The notes beneath the pieces are model-generated. The model did no database searches. It was not told the origin of the DNA and saw nothing but the letters and a program-made list of their open reading frames with translations. A stretch of DNA of 64,000 nucleotides from Klebsormidium nitens (taxonomy: Eukaryota; Plantae; Klebsormidiophyceae). A program made the translations under genes and the position numbers. Shown here piece after piece: positions 57,308 to 64,000 of this stretch. The stretch lies in assembly GCA_000708835.1 (NCBI GenBank), contig DF237099.1, positions 73,554 through 137,553 of the forward strand. The letters are read 5' to 3'. The first letter of the stretch is position 1; the number at the start of each line of letters is the position of its first letter.

Positions 57308-60300
57308 TCAGTTCCTACTGCGGCGACTGACTGGCGGCGGCGGCGGGGCTTTCGGCGTCTCGATGCTCGTATCTGACGCGATGCTCGCTGTGCGGCTCAA
57401 CGAGGCCCGGGGCGAGTTACCAAACAGCCGGGGCGTCGTACTAGGGGGGTGCGGGGACGAGGCGCGCCGCGGGGTCCCGTTGGTCGATTGGCGGGGGGTT
57501 GGCCGGGGGGACGCGGCCCGCGCCCAGCTGGGCCGCTGCGCCGGCGCTGACGTCTCCGCTGACGTCACCTCGGGCACGTACATGTCCTCGGGCCTGGCGG
57601 CCTTGGCTTCGTTGTGCAGCTGCTCCAGCGTTTGGACGACGTCCGCCATGAGCGGCCGGAAGTCTGCTTCCGGTTGGACGCACATGGCAGCGATGGCTGC
57701 CAGCTGGCAGACGACGCGGTCGGTGTATTGCCCCGAGACGGCGGGGTCGACCATGGCGTGGATCAGCCGGCGGTCACTCAGTTGGGGGGACGCCTGCGGG
57801 GAGGAAGAGAAACTCTTAAATTTCAAATCCTGGGCTCAAAAGCTTTTGACCAAACTTGAAGCTTTGCAAGCTGCGGAATTGGAAGTACAGGGGTGACTTG
57901 AGAAGTTCGATTTGGCGTGGTCCACTTTTGGTTCAAGCTCGTATGCAGAATCAAAAAAATTCAAGGGTCGACTGTGGAAACGTCAAGAGAACGCTTGGAC
58001 CTCTTTTCTGCATTCCCCGTGGACGCGACGCCGGCTTTGACGGCTTAGCTTCCCGAGTGTTCTTATGCGGTGAATTTTGTCCAATATCCAGGTTGGTCGT
58101 CCTGTCCGGTTACTTCGGACTTCTGGAAAGGCTGTCTGCACTCACCCACGTCACCAGACTCTGCTTCCCCGGCGGCAGCGTCATGTCCACCGGCTTCCTT
58201 CCCGTCAGCAACTCAAGCAACATCACCCCAAAGCTGTACACGTCGCTCTTCTCCGTCAGCTGACCGGTCATGAAGTACTGCAGACAAAAAGCGCATTCGA
58301 TTATGGAAATGCCTTGGAATCTATTCTCGCACATGAATCATGATGCTTCTTCAAGTTCAGCGCCCCACATTCATCCTCTTAAGGTGCAAAGACGAGAGAA
58401 AGGCTGAAGGAAGACGACATAGAACATGAGGATCGATTTCTTGTTGCGGGATGACCTTTGAGAGGCTGCCTCACTTCGGGTGCGACGTAGCCGAACGTGA
58501 TTTGCATGCTCGTCTGGAGATCCTGCCCCTCCGGTGCGATGAATACTTGGCCGTAGTCCGACACCTGCGACATGAAAAGAGCTTCGGCTAGACGGGTGAC
58601 GAGCTGTTCGCGATCACACGCATTCGGTCTCTACTAAAACTTGGCTATCAGCGGTAATCAATTGAGTAACACGAGCCGTTGTCTGTGTGAAGGAATTGCT
58701 CAAAGACTTCGAATTGAAGAAGAAAGCGTTCAGCGTACACCAACTATCATTTCCAACTTTTAAAAAGGAAGGACTCATCTTGCTGATGCTGGACCTTGGT
58801 GGCACCCCGAAAATCTCTTTTTATCAGTCGATATCCAAACTCTGAAATAGCATCGCTTGATTGACGCAGCTTTAATACATTGTCATGACTCGAGAAAGGA
58901 TTCTGATAAGCGTGGTTGAATTGCGAAAATCTTACCTTCGCGGTGTAGTCTCTGGCCAGCAGGACGTTGCTGCTCTTGAAGTCGCGGTGGATGACGGGAG
59001 GGAAGCACGTGCCGTGCATGTACTGCAGTCCCCGGGCGGCATCCAACGCAATCTTCAGCCGCGTCGTCCACAGCAGATCCTTCTTCTTGTCCGGAGAACC
59101 TGCTCACTAAAGTTTACGGTCAGCCGTCCCAGTCGTGGGAGAAGTCAAGACTCGCATATAGAATACCAAGAGTGAGCTTGTGAGCCGTTCCTTGGTCATT
59201 GATCTTCTTGTATTCACTTTTGACGAAGGTTCGGGAGCAATGAAGCGATGGTGGGTCAGCCTTGCGCTTCGATTTGCTGCCTCACAAAGCGCCGCAGGTA
59301 CAATCCGTGGGTACCATCAAAACGGCTGATTGTCTCTCGTCGATTACATAACTTGAAATTACCAGCTCGACTACGAGAACCATTCCTAACCTTGCAGAAC
59401 ATTCGGAGATTCGGGGCCCTTACCGTGCAGCCGATCCTCCAGGTTTCCGTTGGGCATCAGCTCGTAGCAGAGGAACTTGCTATTCTTCTCGAGGCAGAAA
59501 CCGAGGAACAGGACCAGGTTGGGGTGCTCCATGCGGCTCAGCTTCTCCACAGCAACCTGCAACAGTACGACAGATGTTTAAGCGGAGTGTCTTGCAAAGT
59601 GTTGACAGGAATTCAGGCTCGGTAGGAAAGCGATTGATGCCAGGCCTCTTATGTTTTCGAGTAATATTTGCAGGATGAGCATAAGAATCCTCAAATCGGC
59701 GATGCTGCTGGCTTTGTCCAAAGAAAACAAAACGGAAAACGAAGGCGAGAATTGGCGGCCTTCGTTTGTGGCATTTAGGATAACGAGCGTCCTGCGTACT
59801 ATTTTGTGCTCTCTAAGTCCAACATACGGACAGCCGGGAGTTGGATGCTTATCTGACCTTAAACTCTTGTTGCCCCTGGTGTTCATTCTTGCTGAGCTTC
59901 TTGATCGCGATGGCCGTCCCATCATCCAAAGTACCCTTGTACACACGACCGAAGCCGCCTTCGCCCAAGAGATTGCCGGCACTGAAGTTGTTGCTGGCAA
60001 CCTGCAAAACAGCACAGGAGTTTGTCAAAGCGCAGGAACACTGGCTGCTTCTCGTTCCATTATTCACCAGTTTTGAGATCTGAAGTTACTGAGTCGGTAT
60101 GAGCATCAGGACATAGTTGCAATGGGACGCAGATTCAACGAGTGATTACGGCCGAATCGTCATCAAGGCATCCACCTTAGCTTAGCCTCCGCTCGAACGT
60201 CCGTAATCTTGTTGCAAGTATTGGAAGTAGGACTCCCGAGCATCCCCAGGTTTTATATTTGGGGGGTTAGCCCTTAGCCCGCAGGCTGGGAGGGGGTGCA

Positions 60301-63173
60301 CGCTCGGCGGAAGTGCTTGGTGTTACCGAAGCGTACAATTTCTGCCGGGTTGAGACAATTATGTACCCAACTCTTGCGCTTTCTAGCACTCAAAAAAGGA
60401 TCCGGGAACGACCGGACCCCCGCCTGAGAGTGTCCCCCCACGAAGTCAGGAGCTCTAAAGGGCTTGTCCGTACCTGCACGTACAAACTTGACGACCATAC
60501 ACCGTCAGATCTACACGAGCATCCCAGGTAACGCACCTGAAGTTCGCTGAAGTGGAACTCGTCTACGTTTTCTGCCAAGGCGGGGCCTTGTGGGTTTGCC
60601 TGGGCAACCGGTGCAACCGGCCGGACCGTTGCTGGCGTGCCGTTCGAAAGCGCTCGAGCGGCACCACCTGCGGATAAACATTCTTTGATTATGCCTCTCA
60701 TAAAACGCAAGTAAGGAATTTAAGGACTCCAGAATCCTTATGTTCAGGACTCAGCGTTTCCAACATCGTCGAGAAGTCTTTGATCCCATCTTTGTTGAAA
60801 CAAGCTCTCCGGGGCGTTTCCTCCTCTCTTTCTTAGCTTACACAGCATGTGCGTCTAGCTGAAGCGCTTCGTCACCAATTGCTGTCTCAAAAAGGGAGCA
60901 GCGAATCGCCATCCGCTTCCTCCCAGAACCTTTGTGCTCGGCAGGAACGTGGTCACGCCTTACGACGCAGGTCTAAATGTTCTGCGAAAAGTGGAACATG
61001 CAAGAAGTGATTAGAACTTTCCGAAAGCGACTTGAACCCGTTTCGGACGCTTACCCGCCTCTGGGCCGAGCTTCTGGGGAGGCGACGTCAGGGCCGGCGC
61101 CGGGACGGATCCCCGCCGCACTGCCTTGCGCAGCTCTGCGCGCGGGCTGAACGCATACCCGCCCTTTCCCTTCCCCCCTTTGAAGAACCAGAGGGCCAGT
61201 CCGACCAACAGGCCAATGACGACGAGTGGAACGATGACAGCGATGGCGACGATTGCGCCGGTGCTCAGGCCGGAACTCGAGCCGTCGGATGAGGAGGGTG
61301 GGGTGGGGCTAGACGGAGGGGTGGGAGTGTTTTGTTGAGGGGTCGGAGGAGTTCCAGGGGTTGTCGGGGATGGGGTGGCTGCTGTAGGTCAGAAGAGACC
61401 AGCGGAGTCATTAGCTTCGGATTCTGGCACTGAGAATTTGTTGACTGAACGAAGAGATAGTGGTGACGCGAAACAGATCCTTCCGGTTGTTGCTCGAAGC
61501 CAGGTCCCGTCGATTGAATCGCCCTATTGAGCAGGCAAAGTGTTTGCACTCTGCTTCAACACAGACCCTTTCAAGGTCCACTGCCCTGCGCAATCGTCTG
61601 CCGGCTTTTCTTTTACCTCCAAAAAACTGGACAATTGAAGGTATGGAAGATTCGTGGATTAGAAAACTTCTCGAGGACAGGGAATCAACGCCACCTCTTG
61701 GAAGCTTACTTGGAGGAGGTGGAGAAGGAGGTAGCGTTGGTGCCACGCTGCCTGCGTTCGTGAAGGTCACGAACTGATACTGGCCCCAGTCGGACGGGAA
61801 GCTGAACTGCGATGACGTCAGCTTGTTTTTGATGCTGGTCTGTGTGGTCGAGTCGAGCTGGGTAGCACCACTGCCAGGTAGGGGCAGGAGTTCGAAAGTT
61901 ACCGTCAAGGGTGAATACGTCTGACCGGCCAGTCGCACCTGCACAAAGATTTGCCCTCTTCAACTACCGTTTATGACGAATCATGCAGCTCTCAGGTAGG
62001 ATGAGCAAGGATGGCAGCTTGTCTCAGTCCTTGGTTGCATAACACGGCCTTTTTATGCATTCAAAAGCAGCTTCGAAGCAGCAGCTAGCATCCATTTGAA
62101 CAATCGCGACCTTTGTAAGGCCTCAACGAGCCATTTCTTCTGACAGGCAGTTTGATAAAGATACATGCTGAGGTGTAGTACTCTGGCTTTTAGCGCGGGT
62201 CTCTTACAAAGGCTGCTTGCAAGTGCAGTTGATAGTTCTCCTATGGAATTTCTGACGCATCAAGAGACTTACCTGTCCTGGCTCCAGGCCTGCTGTTGAT
62301 TTGAAGTTGCTTTGCAACTCACGTTGCTGGTCCGCCTGGAACGCGCTTGAATCAGCAATACCCGGGAACTTGATCTGGACAACTGCGGCATATACACAAG
62401 GACATGACCCGTCTACGCTGGCCACTTGATTGGTGGGGCACGGTGAACAACCTGCAATACAAGGGAGCCGGGTCATCATGTGAAACATGCAGGGCTTGAG
62501 AGAACTTCTCCTTGACAATATTTGAGCCAGTGGAAGGGCTAAGAAGAGATTTGAAATCGTCACAAGTGGTCGAAAGTCAACGATGTTACACTGGGTAAAG
62601 GGAGTCAACAAATTCGACAAATGTGAGATCAGCTACAGCTCTACGGACTTGCAAATGCTTCGCAGCTCAATGCACAGAATAGTCGCAGCTGTGGACTACC
62701 AGTTTCAAAGGGTCCTTTGAAGAACACAAAGTCTCTGCCTGTCTTAAAAGCTTGGTGAAAGTCAGCTGCTGATGAGAAACTGTCTACCAGAGTGTCCAGA
62801 AGACACTTGCGTTGAGCTTCGGTCCATCCTATTGAAGATCTCTGCGAAGCATTCACCCACTCCTATGCACGGTCTCAATGTTACTCAGGCCTTGGACTTG
62901 ATCTGTAGATAGAGGGTCTCAATCTACAGAGACCCTGAGTACCAAAGTGGCCCTGATTGGTTAGTTGTTTCCTCATGCTTTCGCGGCCTTGAACCTGATC
63001 GGCTGAGGGTTGAAACCTCTTTCTTCACCTGCTAGAAGGTGCCTTCCACCGGCGCTGATTCTCCTATCTCCCAAAGGGCCGGCTTGCAAGTCCTCAGCAT
63101 TGCTACTCCAACAGCACTGCCCAATCAAGAGGATTGTCAGAAAAGCCGCAGCTTTGATACAAGGGTCTGCCAT
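57308..63173 (-). CDS. ALE2/extensin-class-like receptor-like kinase, paralog 2, about 724 aa, 11 exons
   Basis: Exons 63173-63029, 62451-62273, 61938-61695, 61381-61055, 60667-60537, 60001-59858, 59556-59424, 59099-58936, 58564-58475, 58277-58146, 57793-57308 (2175 nt). Signal peptide, CSPC..GSCPCVY, P/T stalk, [27 protein letters not shown] and TFGYVAPEY. Intron positions match paralog 1. Confidence 0.9.
62882..62941. other. 60-nt nested and overlapping inverted-repeat element in RLK paralog 2 intron 1
   Basis: tactcagg (62882-89)/cctgagta (62934-41); tctgtagat (62902-10)/atctacaga (62922-30); agggtctc (62913-20)/gagaccct (62929-36). Confidence 0.7.
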
Positions 63174-64000
63174 CCTTCCTTCTGCAAGTTCCTCTTGTCA
63201 CCACTTGCGTCGTCTTCTTACATCCAACTGCGAAATGCCTGGCGCTTGAAACCTCTTGCAGGTCCCCTGCAACCTACGTCAGTACTGTCTTCTCTCGTTG
63301 TTTTCACAATGCTGTGAGCAATCAACAGCATTTCGTTCACAATGCTGGCCCCTCCATTAGCCTCGATCTTGTTAATCTGGTTTCATATGAAGTCTTTGAA
63401 AGTCACGTCTGGTCCAATGCTGGTCGCTTTCACGTCCTTATTATCATAGCAAACGTTCAAAATGCGATTGCACAACCTCATGACATTATGAGGGATCACG
63501 AACGCCACACATGGGCGTGCACCTCCAGCATCTTTTCCCTTGGACGTTCGCAAAAACAGAACCTGCAGAGCCAACTTGGTGTGGCTGCCTCAGCGCAAAA
63601 CGCAATGCTGCCGCGAAACAATTGTGTTGCGTGATTTTCTACCCAACCTGACCACCAGTCGTTCTGGTCAGGTTGCGCGAACTTGAATCGCTCAGCAAAT
63701 GTACCGGCCGCCTGCTTCTTCCTCATCCAACGAAAATGCTTGGGGGCGACCACAATGGCTGTATTGTGGATTTGAGTGTCGCTGGAAAACGGCTGAATTT
63801 GTGCGCGCGCCGATCTGGTAAGGCACCGCAGGTACCGAACCGGACTCTTCATGCAGGTTTGCATGCGTGGCACAGAGTCGGGTGCACGAGGGACAGGGCA
63901 TCCAGCTCAAATACAGAAAAGGTGGCCCAGACTCCAGAGCATGGTTGCAATGCGCGCAAGGGACCCAGCGGAGGGAAGAGTGGAGATATCCTTTTTGCTC

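Noticed and set aside
63240-64000. Short ORFs upstream of RLK2
   Set aside because: No recognisable protein features or coherent splice model; probably promoter or intergenic.

Overview
Intron-rich eukaryotic nuclear DNA from a streptophyte alga. The gene set and 300-600 bp introns suggest a Klebsormidium-like charophyte; this is an inference. I reconstructed nine spliced genes by hand, and every model sums to a whole number of codons: VIR3-like M41-type protease (+), ALE2-like receptor kinase 1 (-), NCA1 (-), 23-exon P4-ATPase ALA3 (+), membrane-anchored CAP/SCP protein (+), renalase-like FAD oxidoreductase (-), UBA2c-like RRM protein (+), PEX16 (-), a DPB3/POLE4-like histone-fold protein (+), plus a second ALE2-like kinase (-), ten genes in total. 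There is one 680-N gap and one hAT-like MITE. Most notable: (1) the two RLK paralogs share non-canonical kinase motifs, and one apparently needs a GA-AG intron; (2) ALA3 exons 17-18 are flanked by degenerate tandem copies of their own splice junctions; (3) CATG-dense islands lie downstream of gene 3' ends; (4) a dense GTAC (SBP/CRR1-core) cluster lies upstream of the CAP gene. No rRNA, tRNA or CRISPR array could be supported. Family assignments rest on motif recall, not database searches.
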